From: Dehalococcoidia bacterium
GTDB lineage: Bacteria > Chloroflexota > Dehalococcoidia > GIF9 > AB-539-J10
DNA length: 52,238 bases
NCBI GenBank assembly: GCA_003552125.1
Contig: PUON01000009.1
Coordinates: 1-52,238 of the forward strand
Direction of reading: 5' to 3'
This document shows positions 1 through 9,802 of the stretch, piece after piece. Below the pieces are notes generated by a model, which saw nothing but the letters and a program-made list of their open reading frames with translations, was not told where the DNA came from and ran no database searches. Every line of letters begins with the position of its first letter. Position 1 is the stretch's first letter. A program made the translations under genes and the position numbers.

Positions 1-804
1 CACGGGATCCTTCGTCGGTACGATAGGGGGGGATTCCGTGAAGTTCTGCGGCATGTAGGACAGCAATTCGCGTGCTGTGGCGATCGCCTCGTCGTCATCG
101 GCGGCCAGGAAGTGCGCTACCCCGCTGCGCTGATTGTGTATCAACCCGCCGCCCAGTTGTTCGTGTGTTACCTCTTCCGACAGTACATCCTTGACGACTG
201 CGGGGCCGGTTATGTACATCGTGCTCGTCTTGCGCGTCATGATGACGAAATCTGTGATTGCCGGCGAGTAGACAGCACCTCCAGCGGTCGGGCCCAGGAT
301 CAGCGAAATCTGGGGTATGGTTCCGGACGAGCGTGAATTTCGAAAGAATATGCGTGCGTAGCCATCCAGAGAATCGATTCCCTCCTGTATGCGGGCACCA
401 CCCGAGTCGAGCATGGCGATACACGGTATCCGCTCCTGCAGTGCGAAATCCTGAATCTTGACGATCTTCAGTGCGTGGGCCTCCCCCAGTGATCCTCCAA
501 GTATGGTGAAATCCTGTGCGTAGACTGCCACTTTGCGTCCGTTGACGGTGCCGACGCCTGTTACCACTCCATCGGTGGGCAGGTCCATCTTGTCGAGGCC
601 GTAGTACGTGGATCGCGTCTTGACAAAAGCTCCGTACTCAATGAAAGAACCCTTGTCCAGCAGAAGATCGATACGCTCACGCGCTGTCCTCTTGTTCTTG
701 GCGTGCTGAGCCTCGACCTTATCGTCGCCACCATGGCTAAGAATGGTTGCACGCCGATCATGCAACTCCTTCAGTTTCTTCTGGGCTCCGGTGGATTCTT
801 CCAT
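1..804 (-). CDS. Acyl-CoA carboxyltransferase (methylmalonyl-CoA decarboxylase alpha / propionyl-CoA carboxylase beta type), runs off the window edge
   Basis: Not in the ORF track; translated by hand from ATG at 804: MEESTG...RTARERIDLLLDKGSF...DGVVTGVGTVNGRKVAVYAQDFTILGGSLGEAH...DSGGARIQEG...GGAVYSPAITDF. These are hallmark carboxyl_trans motifs. The frame is open to position 1. Confidence 0.93.
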   Translation of the reverse strand, partial: MEESTGAQKKLKELHDRRATILSHGGDDKVEAQHAKNKRTARERIDLLLDKGSFIEYGAFVKTRSTYYGLDKMDLPTDGVVTGVGTVNGRKVAVYAQDFTILGGSLGEAHALKIVKIQDFALQERIPCIAMLDSGGARIQEGIDSLDGYARIFFRNSRSSGTIPQISLILGPTAGGAVYSPAITDFVIMTRKTSTMYITGPAVVKDVLSEEVTHEQLGGGLIHNQRSGVAHFLAADDDEAIATARELLSYMPQNFTESPPIVPTKDPV

Positions 805-864
805 GTCAGTTACCCCCTGTAATTGTGTGTCGGAAACAACCGGACTATCCCGGCTCATGTCTGG

Positions 865-2226
865 TCAAGCCATGATGCCAAGGAAAACACCGCCAGCGAT
901 AGCTGCCCCTATGGCTCCGGCGACGTTTGGCCCCATCGCGTGCATCAAAAGGAAGTTGTTCGGATTTTCCTTCTGCCCAAGTAGCTGGACGACCCGGGCC
1001 GACATCGGGACCGCCGCCACTCCTGCCGCGCCTATCATGGGATTGATCTTCTCCCGGGACACGAGGTTCATAATCTTTGCCAGTAGCACACCTGCGGCTG
1101 CGGCACTTGCGAACGCTACGATACCCAGCAGGAGGATGAGGAGAGTTCGGGGTTGAAGGAAGCTCTCGGCTGGCATGCTGGCCCCGATGGCAAGTGCGAG
1201 AAGGATGGTCAATGTGTCCACGAGGGATGTCTGCGCAGTATGACTCAGTCGCTCGACCACCCCACATTCCCTGAAGAGGTTGCCAACCATGAACGAACCC
1301 ATCAGGGGTGCGGCAGATGGCACGAAGAGAATGACTACTATGGCCGCAATGATGGGGAACAGAGTCTTCTCCGTGCGTCTAACCGGCCGCATCTGCGGCT
1401 TCATATAGATCTTCCGCTCTTCCTTCGTGGTCATCAGGCGGATGACGGGTGGAAGTATCACGGGAACCAGTGCCATATACGAGTAGCAGGCGACGGCCGT
1501 CGCTCCGATTATCTGCGGGGCAAGCACTGCAGTTACATAGATTGTGGTGGGACCCGCTGCCCCTCCTATAGTGCCGATAGATGCTGCTTCAGGCATGCCA
1601 AAACCAACCAGCAGCGCCAGGAAGAACGCGAAGTACACACCGAACTGGGTGGCAGCACCGAGCAGCAGCGTCTTCGGGTTTGAGAGCATCGGTCCGAAGT
1701 CGGTCAGTGCTCCGAGGCACAGAAACATGAGTGGTGGTAGTATCTGCCACATCACTCCATACTTGAATACCCGTGAGAGAAGACCTATTGGCTCGGTGGG
1801 ATACTCGGCCTGGTCGGTCTGCTGTTGCGTGATAAGTCTGGCGATTACATCGCCTTCTTCAACTCTGTCGCCTGCTGCCACCGTGTAGCTGTCCACCCGG
1901 CCGAAAACCGGGCTTGTGATTGGACCGGAGTCGAGTTGCACCAGAACCGAGTCCTCGCTGAAGTGCGCGCCCTTGGCGGTTTCAATGCTGAGGATGGTTC
2001 CGGGCAGTGGGGACTCCAGCTTCATTTCGTAGTCCATCAGTCCACTGAGAGGCAGGTTAACAAGTATGATGCCGAAACCGATGGGCACCAGGAGAAGCGG
2101 TTCCATCTTCTTGCTGATTGCGAGGTAGATGAGTAATCCACCTACAAGGAGCATCAGTGCATGACCCCAGTGGAAGTGCGTGAAACCGCTCTCTAGTAAG
2201 CCGAACAAGACGTGTACTCCATCCAA
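865..2226 (-). CDS. Na+-translocating decarboxylase beta subunit (OadB/MmdB/GcdB family), atypical, with an inserted biotinyl-like domain
   Basis: Motifs EPLLLVPIGFG, GALTDFGP, YSYMALVP, GNLFRECGVVERL, NPMIGAAGV.AVPMSAR and NFLLMHAMGPNVAG; many hydrophobic segments. TTG start is uncertain. Confidence 0.93.
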   Translation of the reverse strand: MDGVHVLFGLLESGFTHFHWGHALMLLVGGLLIYLAISKKMEPLLLVPIGFGIILVNLPLSGLMDYEMKLESPLPGTILSIETAKGAHFSEDSVLVQLDSGPITSPVFGRVDSYTVAAGDRVEEGDVIARLITQQQTDQAEYPTEPIGLLSRVFKYGVMWQILPPLMFLCLGALTDFGPMLSNPKTLLLGAATQFGVYFAFFLALLVGFGMPEAASIGTIGGAAGPTTIYVTAVLAPQIIGATAVACYSYMALVPVILPPVIRLMTTKEERKIYMKPQMRPVRRTEKTLFPIIAAIVVILFVPSAAPLMGSFMVGNLFRECGVVERLSHTAQTSLVDTLTILLALAIGASMPAESFLQPRTLLILLLGIVAFASAAAAGVLLAKIMNLVSREKINPMIGAAGVAAVPMSARVVQLLGQKENPNNFLLMHAMGPNVAGAIGAAIAGGVFLGIMA

Positions 2227-2260
2227 GCTTCAGTGTGCAGCAAGGCTGCCAGACGATATT

Positions 2261-2401
2261 CTAGGAATCGCTCTTTCCCCGGGTGAAGTGAATGATGATG
2301 CGCGGCGTGGCCCAGACGATTATGGCGAGTACGGCAAGGAGTATGAATACGGTTCCGAAGCCGCCACCCGCAATGGACAGGGCGTGTCCCCAGTCGATCA
2401 T
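2261..2401 (-). CDS. Small single-TM decarboxylase anchor subunit (OadG/MmdD-like), 46 aa
   Basis: Below the ORF-track cutoff: MIDWGHALSIAGGGFGTVFILLAVLAIIVWATPRIIIHFTRGKSDS*. AAGGAG RBS upstream; G..VF..L..L pattern typical of OadG; directly upstream of the beta subunit. Confidence 0.8.
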   Translation of the reverse strand: MIDWGHALSIAGGGFGTVFILLAVLAIIVWATPRIIIHFTRGKSDS

Positions 2402-2526
2402 GCTCGTTGCTCCTTCAGGTTCAGTCGTGACCTTCCCTGGAATATGGTGCAGACGTCGGATATCTTCAGAGGAGCCGGCGATTGCGGTGCACTAGTGTAG
2501 CACGTCGGCTCGAGCCGGCTACGAGG

Positions 2527-3003
2527 TCAGGTTTCGCTCTCTTCATCTCCGAACAGGCTTGCGAGCGTTCGCGTGACCGTGGATCGCGAGAACCCCCGTC
2601 CTTGCAGATATGTGGCCAGTCGGCGGGTTCGGGTCTTCCGATCGAGGTTTTCGAGACGTGTGATGCGTCGTCTCGCCAGTGACAGGGCCGTCTGGTCATC
2701 ATCGATATCTTCGGTTGCCTCGGCGATCTCCTCCTGCGACACTCCCTTCTGGCTTAACTCACGCTGGATCAGGCGCTTGCTTCGCGGGTGAAACCGCACG
2801 CGGTTCTGCGTCCAGTTCACGGCGAAGGACCGGTCATCAAGGAGAGCCTGATCTTTGAGACGGCAGACGACTTCCTCGGCGACGCCTTCTTCGAATCCCC
2901 TCCGCTTGAGGGATTGCCGTATCTCCCGTTCACTGCGTGGACGGATGGCGAGCGCTCTATAGGCGTGTGCCAGGGCCTTCTCACGGCCAGCCGCCGATTC
3001 CAT
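2527..3003 (-). CDS. recX: RecA regulator RecX
   Basis: RPRSEREIRQSL, LLDDRSFA, IQRELSQKGV and YLQGRGFS repeats; immediately downstream of recA. Start placed at MESAAG. Confidence 0.92.
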   Translation of the reverse strand: MESAAGREKALAHAYRALAIRPRSEREIRQSLKRRGFEEGVAEEVVCRLKDQALLDDRSFAVNWTQNRVRFHPRSKRLIQRELSQKGVSQEEIAEATEDIDDDQTALSLARRRITRLENLDRKTRTRRLATYLQGRGFSRSTVTRTLASLFGDEESET

Positions 3004-3010
3004 ACGTCGA

Positions 3011-4039
3011 TTAGTCGGCATCCACTACTGCATGATCACTTCTTCGATCATGTGCCGGCTGGTGTGCGGCACGAATGGCATTCTCCAGCTCGGCGGCGAT
3101 CCCGTGGTTCTGCCGGAGGAATTCTCGTGCGTTCTCCCGGCCCTGTCCCAGTTTGTGCTCACCGTAGGTAAGAAACGCTCCGGCCTTCTTGATCAGACCA
3201 GAATTGACACCGATGTCGATAAGGTCACCTTCCTTGCTGATACCCTGGCTGAAGAGGATGTCGAATTCTGCCGTGCGGAAAGGTGGCGCAACCTTGTTTT
3301 TGACGATACGGGCCTTAACCCGTGTGCCGATCACGTCAGAACCGCGCTTGAGGGAGTCTGAACGTCTGAGGTCGATCCGAACCGAGCTGTAGAACTTCAG
3401 CGCGCGGCCGCCGGGCGTGACCTCAGGGTTCCCGAACACGATGCCAACCTTCTCTCGAAGCTGGTTGATGAATACGACCGATGTTCGGGAGCGGTTGATG
3501 GCTGACGTCAGCTTGCGAAGCGCCTGTGACATGAGTCGAGCCTGGAGTCCAACGTGTGAGTCTCCCATGTCGCCTTCGAGTTCCGCCTTGGGGACGAGCG
3601 CCGCGACGCTGTCGACAACAATGATATCGACTCCCATACTCCTGACGAGGCGTTCCGCGATCTCCAGCGCTTGCTCGCCGGTGTCAGGCTGCGAGACATG
3701 GAGCGAATCGATGTCGACACCGCATGATGCGGCGTATGCGGGATCTAATGCGTTCTCGGCATCGATGTAGACGACGGTTCCGCCCAGTTTCTGGGCCTCG
3801 GCTATGATGTGCTGTGCTAACGTGGTCTTGCCTGAGGATTCCGAACCGAAGATCTCGGTGACGCGGCCCCTTGGGATGCCTCCGACACCGAGCGCAAGAT
3901 CAAGCGAGAGCGAGCCGGTCGGTATAACCTCGACTTTCTGTCTGGCCGATTCTCCCAGGCGCATCAGCGATCCCCGGCCAAACTCGCGCTCGATCTGCTC
4001 GATTGCCAGCTCTACGGCTTTCTGCTTGTCTGTTGACAT
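3011..4039 (-). CDS. recA: Recombinase A
   Basis: GSESSGKTT Walker [23 protein letters not shown] and [10 protein letters not shown]...GGRALKFY; start MSTDKQ with GAAGGG RBS. Confidence 0.99.
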   Translation of the reverse strand: MSTDKQKAVELAIEQIEREFGRGSLMRLGESARQKVEVIPTGSLSLDLALGVGGIPRGRVTEIFGSESSGKTTLAQHIIAEAQKLGGTVVYIDAENALDPAYAASCGVDIDSLHVSQPDTGEQALEIAERLVRSMGVDIIVVDSVAALVPKAELEGDMGDSHVGLQARLMSQALRKLTSAINRSRTSVVFINQLREKVGIVFGNPEVTPGGRALKFYSSVRIDLRRSDSLKRGSDVIGTRVKARIVKNKVAPPFRTAEFDILFSQGISKEGDLIDIGVNSGLIKKAGAFLTYGEHKLGQGRENAREFLRQNHGIAAELENAIRAAHQPAHDRRSDHAVVDAD

Positions 4040-4096
4040 TATTCCCTTCCTCTCGTGAGTGCCATCCACTGCAATCCGTAACGGTGTGATCGGACT

Positions 4097-5041
4097 CTAA
4101 CGGCGGCGAATCTCCTTGCCGACTCTCCAGACATGCTCCTCTTCGGGTGCGTGTACGTCTCCACGAACGCTGCCGCCCTTGCGACCCTGCCAGACCGGTT
4201 TGCGTTTTTCCAGGAACGCGTTCTGCCCTTCGCTGCCATCGCGCGTAAGAGACTGCATCGTGATGAGGTCTGTACCATAACGAAACGCCTGGCGTTGTTC
4301 CATTTCCTGAATGTGATAGAAGAACTGCTTCGACCACCGTACGACGAGGGGAGCGTTCGACGAGATGACCTTCGCCATCTGCCACGCCTCTCCATCAAGA
4401 TCGGCATCCGGATAGACGTAGTTGACCAGTCCTGATTCCAAAGCCCATTCCGCTGAATGCGGCCTGGCTGTCAACATCAACTCCATCAGTCGCTTGCGGT
4501 GCACCGATTTGTACGCACCGGCGGTTGGAGTGAAGCATCCGAACCCGACGGTTCCCCCAGGGAGAAAGAAGCTGCCTGTTTCAGAGGAAAGCACTATATC
4601 GCATCCGCCTGCGACGGCAACTCCAAGAGCACAACAGTTGCCTCGTACTGCTCCAATCACGGGCACCGTTGAGTTCATCATCACCTGTATCATCTTCGGC
4701 GTCAGTTCGAAATACCACCTCTGTGTGAGCATGTCCTTGTTCGCGAACGAATGGAAGTCGCCGCCGGAGCAGAAGTGTTCGCTTGAAGACCGCAGGATAA
4801 TGCAACTCATACCATCGTTGTCCTCGACCAGTCGCATCGCGTCGATGATCTCCTCCACCATCGTGGGGCTTAGTGCATTCTGGATCTCCGGACGGTGCAT
4901 CGTTATAACTGCGATATGGCTGGCAATGTCCCACTCGAGGTAGATATCGTTATACTCACGAGGAACGTTGAGGCTGGGAATATACGGCGGATACGTGCCG
5001 GACGACTGCTGTTTCACGATAGTTGGCTTGAAGTCAGTCAT
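4097..5041 (-). CDS. Enoyl-CoA hydratase/isomerase (crotonase) family protein, ECHDC3-like
   Basis: ITMHRPEIQNAL, FCSGGD, PVIGAVRG, GCDIV and EGQNAFLEKRKP; GGAGG RBS. Confidence 0.9.
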   Translation of the reverse strand: MTDFKPTIVKQQSSGTYPPYIPSLNVPREYNDIYLEWDIASHIAVITMHRPEIQNALSPTMVEEIIDAMRLVEDNDGMSCIILRSSSEHFCSGGDFHSFANKDMLTQRWYFELTPKMIQVMMNSTVPVIGAVRGNCCALGVAVAGGCDIVLSSETGSFFLPGGTVGFGCFTPTAGAYKSVHRKRLMELMLTARPHSAEWALESGLVNYVYPDADLDGEAWQMAKVISSNAPLVVRWSKQFFYHIQEMEQRQAFRYGTDLITMQSLTRDGSEGQNAFLEKRKPVWQGRKGGSVRGDVHAPEEEHVWRVGKEIRRR

Positions 5042-5082
5042 GCAACCTCCCGGTAGTCAGGGTTCCCAATGGCCATTATACA

Positions 5083-5799
5083 TCACAGGTTCCGGCGGTG
5101 GTCCCTCCGTATAGATGCGTGCGACAGTGTGAAGATCGCCCCTGCCATAACCCCTACTGCGGCACCTGCCAGAATCATCATGTCCTGCCAGAATCCCAGC
5201 GGGAACAGCATCACGAGGTAGTCGGTATAGGGGTTGAGCTGCCAGAAGGGGTTATCGAAGGCCACCAAATGAAAGCCTACGAACATCCAGTCGAAGTCCG
5301 CTAAGAACGCGGTCGATGTCAGCAAAAGTAGAGTTAGTGCTGCGAGGGAGCCGTTCCGCATCGCAGTCAGGATTTCCATCCTGTAGCCGAGGGTGACCCC
5401 CGCGATGGCAAACCCTGCGACAATCAGCAGCGTTAGGGACTGAATTATGGAGTTAATGTCAAACAAGTCCCGGACATCTTCAAGGTGGATTATCTCGTAG
5501 TCATGGTACAGATTGAACTGCCTTCCCGTGTTGTCGACCACGGTCATCTGCGGGCTCGGCTCCAAATGATTGAAGTACCGGATAAGCTGCTCGGCTGCAT
5601 CGTGTAGTTGCGTCTCTGACAGCAGGGTGGTCTCCGCAACCGAATAGGTATCGAATCCCCGGATGTACAGTCCGAGGCTGTTCATCTCGATACGCAGTGC
5701 TGTGGTGAGGAAGAGCAGAGGTAGCGAGAGCACGATAAGCGGTCCGGCTATCCGCAGCAGGAGTCGAGCACTGCGGGGGCGTTCTTGCTCAAGAGACAA
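5083..5799 (-). CDS. Integral membrane protein, TIGR01906/DUF1461-like
   Basis: E..HLEDVRDLF, F..FHLVAFDN..WQLNP.TDYLVMLFP.GFW; four TM segments. Confidence 0.8.
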   Translation of the reverse strand: MSLEQERPRSARLLLRIAGPLIVLSLPLLFLTTALRIEMNSLGLYIRGFDTYSVAETTLLSETQLHDAAEQLIRYFNHLEPSPQMTVVDNTGRQFNLYHDYEIIHLEDVRDLFDINSIIQSLTLLIVAGFAIAGVTLGYRMEILTAMRNGSLAALTLLLLTSTAFLADFDWMFVGFHLVAFDNPFWQLNPYTDYLVMLFPLGFWQDMMILAGAAVGVMAGAIFTLSHASIRRDHRRNL

Positions 5800-5811
5800 G
5801 CAGCCACCTCA

Positions 5812-5820
5812 TGCTATAAT
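5812..5820 (+). promoter_or_regulatory. Extended -10 element (TGCTATAAT) for dnaE, probably leaderless
   Basis: TGnTATAAT 7 nt before the ATG; no SD sequence. Confidence 0.6.
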
Positions 5821-5827
5821 CGTTTCG

Positions 5828-8800
5828 ATGGCTTCGGCCTTCGTTCATCTTCACGTTCACACTGAATACAGCCTCCTCGACGGGATGTGTCGCATTCCGC
5901 AGCTCATTACCCGTGCGAAGGAACTCGGCATGTCCGCTGTTGCCATCACCGACCATGGCAGCATGTATGGTGCCATAGATTTCTACTCTGCAGCGCGGAC
6001 CGCCGGTGTAAAGCCCATACTCGGTTGCGAAGTGTACGTTGCCGAGACACATCGCGCCGCCCGGGATGCCTCAAACCGCAATCCTTATCACCTGACTCTG
6101 TTGGCCAGGAACAGCAAAGGTTACCACAACCTCATGCAACTGGTCACGAAGGCACACACAGAGGGATTCTACTATAAGCCACGCGTAGACCGGGAACTCC
6201 TGGAACGTTTCCACGATGGTCTCATCGCACTGTCGGGGTGTGCGAGCGGAGAACTCGTGAGACTCATACTGGAAGGCCGCACACCAGAGGCAGAGGCGGC
6301 TGCGACATGGTACAGGGATCTGTTCGGAGATTACTATATCGAACTGCAGCGCCATCCGATCCCGGAACTCGAGAGGGCGAATCCGGAATTGGAGGCACTG
6401 GCGCAACGGCTTGATATACCAGTCGTCGCTGCATTTGATGTGCACTATGTTGACCGCAATGATGCAGAGGCGCATGACCTCTTGTTATGCGTACAGACGA
6501 ATGCCGTCGTACAGGATGAGAAGCGTCTACGGATGGCAGGGGATTTCTTCTATCTGCGCAGTCCGGAAGAGGCTGAAGCCTTGTTTAGTGACCTGCCGGA
6601 AGCGATTGCGAACAGTTCGAGGATCGCCGAGCGATGCGAGCTGGAACTTGATTTTCAGCAGTTGCACCTTCCCGAGGTTTCGTTACCCGAAGGACGTACT
6701 GCCGAAGAGCACCTCGCAGCTCTTTGCTGGGATGGGCTTCACAGAAGGTTCCCCGAACCTTCTGCGGATCTTATGGAAGGGCTGACACATGAACTCCAGG
6801 TGATAAACCGCACGCAGTTCGCCGACTATTTTCTCGTCGTCTGGGATATCGTCTCCTATGCAAAACAGAACGGCATTTACTATGGTGTGCGGGGCAGCGC
6901 GGCTGCAAGCCTTGTCCTGTATTGTCTTTACATAACCGATATCAACCCGATCGATTACGGGCTCGTCTTCGAACGCTTTCTCAACATCGAACGGAGCGAG
7001 ATGCCGGATATCGATCTGGATTTCCAGGATGACCGACGCGATGACATGCTGGCCTACGTGAATGCACGCTACGGCACCGATCATGTTGCCCAGATAATCA
7101 CGTTCGGAACGATGGGTGCGCGCGGAGCGATTCGTGATGCTGGTCGTGCGCTCGGGATGCCGTACAACCGCGTGGATGGTGTGGCGCGCCTTATTCCTCA
7201 GGAGCTGACGATCACACTCGATCGAGCCGTTGTGGAAAGCGCGGAGTTACATGAGATGTACGAGGGCGACGATGATGTGCGCCGCCTCATTGACTCCGCC
7301 CGCAAGATCGAGGGGCTGGTGCGACACGCGAGCACGCACGCCGCAGGCGTCGTCATCGCCCGTGACCCTCTTGTGCAGTATGCCCCGCTGCAACCACTTG
7401 GCAAGTCAGGACAGCAGGGCCTGATGACACAGTACCACATGTGGAATATCGCGAAATTAGGTCTGCTCAAGATGGATTTCCTGGGATTGTCAAATCTGAC
7501 AATCCTTGCCAAGACGCAGGAGCTTGTTGCCAGTCGCCATGGCGTCCAGATCGACTTCGCGTCACTTCCTCTCGATGATCGGAAGACTTTCGAGCTGCTG
7601 GCATCGGGTGAGACTCGTGACATCTTCCAGCTGGAGAGCAAGGGAATGCGGCGATATCTTCAGGAACTGAGGCCGTCGGTGTTCGCGGACATTTCTGCGA
7701 TGGTAGCTCTATACAGGCCCGGCCCCATGGAACAAATAGACACGTTCATCCGTGCAAAGCAGGGTGTAGTTCAGGTGAGGTATCCCCATCCTGCGCTGGA
7801 ACGAATACTCCAGGAGACGTACGGAGTTATCGTGTACCAGGAGCAGGTGATGTTTATCGCCCGTACTCTGGCTGGCTATTCCATGGGACAGGCCGACATC
7901 TTTCGTAAGGCGATGGGCAAGAAGATACCGGAGGTCATGAGGCAGCAAGAGGAGACGTTTGTAGCTGGTGCGGTATCGAACGGCATTGATGAGCAGCTTG
8001 CGCGCGAAGTCTTCAGATTGATCGAGCCCTTCGCCGGCTATGCTTTCAACAAAGCACATAGCGTCAGCTATGCACTGGTGGCCTATCGCGGAGCGTATCT
8101 CAAAGCTAATTATCCGGTGGAGTATATCTCCTCGTTTATGAACACGTACCTGGATAACACGGACAAGATCTGCCTGGCCGTAGATGAGTGCAGGAAGATG
8201 AAGATCGGCATCCTGCCTCCTGATATCAATCGGAGCGACGCAGGCTGCACCATCGAGGATACTGGATCAGGCCAGGCAATACGGTTTGGTCTGGGTTCCG
8301 TGAAGAATGTGGGATCTGGACCCATAGACGCAATTCTGTCCGCCCGGCGTAATGGAGGGGAGTTCACATCCATCGGGGAGTTTTGCCGCAGGGTCGGTTC
8401 CAGGGGCATCAACAAGAAGGTCATGGAAAGCCTTGTACGAGTGGGAGCTTTCGACTGTTTGAGTATACGTCCTGCGTTACTGGCGGCGCTTGATCGCATG
8501 TTAGCCATCGTACAGGCCGAACAACGCTCTAGAGATTCAGGCCAGACGTCCCTGTTTGACGTAATGACAGAAGAACCGGAGGGGCTGGACTTGAACCTTG
8601 GATGCGATATTCCTGATGTATCGGCCAGAGACAAGATGGCCTGGGAACGAGAGTTGACCGGAGTGTACTTCTCTCCCCATCCTATGGAGGCAATTCGTGA
8701 TGAGCTTGAGAGCATCGTCACTGCACCCTGCGGACTGTTGGGAAGCGAGCATCTGGAGCATGAAGTCGTAGTAGCGGGCATGGTGGCTGCGGTGCGCCAG

Positions 8801-9277
8801 TCTGCCACCAGGGAGGGACGACCGTTCGTTGTTGCGCAACTCGAGGATACGTCCGGTGGCATCGAGGTTACCGTATGGCCGAAACTGCACCAGAACACGA
8901 AAGGTCTCTGGAGTGAGGGGGCGATGCTGCTCGTGAAGGGGCAGTTACGTGGCCGTGAAGGTCAGTATCAGGTAAGCTGCCAGCACGCCCAGCGCTATAT
9001 GCCGGGACAGAATTCTTCACGTCGACGCATCAGCACGCGCGAACTCACTCTTGTATTTGCGGAGACAGGAGACAATGATGGTGATGCCGAGGTCTTGAGT
9101 AGGGCAGTCGATGTAGTGAGAGCTTATCCGGGAGACGCTCTGGTGTCACTGGTCATAGACACTCTGGCCGGCGAAAGGATTGAGCTTGACCTGCCCGTGT
9201 TGAAGGTCTCCTTGTGTCCTGAATTGGAGCGTGATCTGTCCGGGGTGCTGGTCAACGCCTCATACCGTATCACCTGA
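5828..9277 (+). CDS. dnaE: DNA polymerase III alpha subunit
   Basis: PHP domain HLHVHTEYSLLDG, RGSAA, PDIDLDF, KMDFLGL and YAFNKAHS, plus an OB fold. Start MASAF at 5828; the ORF-track extension overlaps the neighbouring gene. Confidence 0.98.
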   Translation: MASAFVHLHVHTEYSLLDGMCRIPQLITRAKELGMSAVAITDHGSMYGAIDFYSAARTAGVKPILGCEVYVAETHRAARDASNRNPYHLTLLARNSKGYHNLMQLVTKAHTEGFYYKPRVDRELLERFHDGLIALSGCASGELVRLILEGRTPEAEAAATWYRDLFGDYYIELQRHPIPELERANPELEALAQRLDIPVVAAFDVHYVDRNDAEAHDLLLCVQTNAVVQDEKRLRMAGDFFYLRSPEEAEALFSDLPEAIANSSRIAERCELELDFQQLHLPEVSLPEGRTAEEHLAALCWDGLHRRFPEPSADLMEGLTHELQVINRTQFADYFLVVWDIVSYAKQNGIYYGVRGSAAASLVLYCLYITDINPIDYGLVFERFLNIERSEMPDIDLDFQDDRRDDMLAYVNARYGTDHVAQIITFGTMGARGAIRDAGRALGMPYNRVDGVARLIPQELTITLDRAVVESAELHEMYEGDDDVRRLIDSARKIEGLVRHASTHAAGVVIARDPLVQYAPLQPLGKSGQQGLMTQYHMWNIAKLGLLKMDFLGLSNLTILAKTQELVASRHGVQIDFASLPLDDRKTFELLASGETRDIFQLESKGMRRYLQELRPSVFADISAMVALYRPGPMEQIDTFIRAKQGVVQVRYPHPALERILQETYGVIVYQEQVMFIARTLAGYSMGQADIFRKAMGKKIPEVMRQQEETFVAGAVSNGIDEQLAREVFRLIEPFAGYAFNKAHSVSYALVAYRGAYLKANYPVEYISSFMNTYLDNTDKICLAVDECRKMKIGILPPDINRSDAGCTIEDTGSGQAIRFGLGSVKNVGSGPIDAILSARRNGGEFTSIGEFCRRVGSRGINKKVMESLVRVGAFDCLSIRPALLAALDRMLAIVQAEQRSRDSGQTSLFDVMTEEPEGLDLNLGCDIPDVSARDKMAWERELTGVYFSPHPMEAIRDELESIVTAPCGLLGSEHLEHEVVVAGMVAAVRQSATREGRPFVVAQLEDTSGGIEVTVWPKLHQNTKGLWSEGAMLLVKGQLRGREGQYQVSCQHAQRYMPGQNSSRRRISTRELTLVFAETGDNDGDAEVLSRAVDVVRAYPGDALVSLVIDTLAGERIELDLPVLKVSLCPELERDLSGVLVNASYRIT

Positions 9278-9283
9278 CGCATC

Positions 9284-9790
9284 TTACTTCCGCGCCTCCA
9301 GCGCCAGCAGGCGTGATTTCAGTTCAAGTCCGCTTCCAAAGCCCCGCAGGCTGCCGTCCGAGCCGATGACCCGGTGACACGGGACGATTATCGGCACCGG
9401 ATTACAGTGAAGTGCCTGTCCGACTGCCCGGCAGGCGCGTGGCTGCCCCACCGCTGATGCGACCCATGCGTAGCTCCTCGTTTCTCCGTGATTGATCTGT
9501 CTCGTGGCTTCCCATACGCGGCTCTGGAAATCGCTCCAGCCACTTCTGTCTACCGGGTCGCAGAAGACTGTCGAGTGGCCGGACATGTATGCGGTGAGTC
9601 GGCCAGGCAGCGTGCCGAAGAACGAAGGATCCCGGTGCCGGAGATCACGGATTGCACTTCCGGTCTGTAGGGATAACCGCGCCAAAGCACCGCTCTCGTC
9701 TGGTGCAGGCAATATGATTCGTGTGATGCCGCGGTCGGAGCCCGCGACAAGCATCCAACCGAGAGACGTTGGAAATACGGCGTAATCCAT
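9284..9790 (-). CDS. ogt: Methylated-DNA--protein-cysteine methyltransferase
   Basis: FQ.RVW, GETRSY, RAVGQA and NPVPIIVPCHRV active site. Confidence 0.96.
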   Translation of the reverse strand: MDYAVFPTSLGWMLVAGSDRGITRIILPAPDESGALARLSLQTGSAIRDLRHRDPSFFGTLPGRLTAYMSGHSTVFCDPVDRSGWSDFQSRVWEATRQINHGETRSYAWVASAVGQPRACRAVGQALHCNPVPIIVPCHRVIGSDGSLRGFGSGLELKSRLLALEARK

Positions 9791-9802
9791 GACACCGTGA
9801 CC

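Noticed and set aside
2017-2028. EMKL in the beta subunit as a biotinylation site
   Set aside because: It lies before the domain's first strand, not in the central hairpin, and the spacing to the SP motif does not match AMKM sites.
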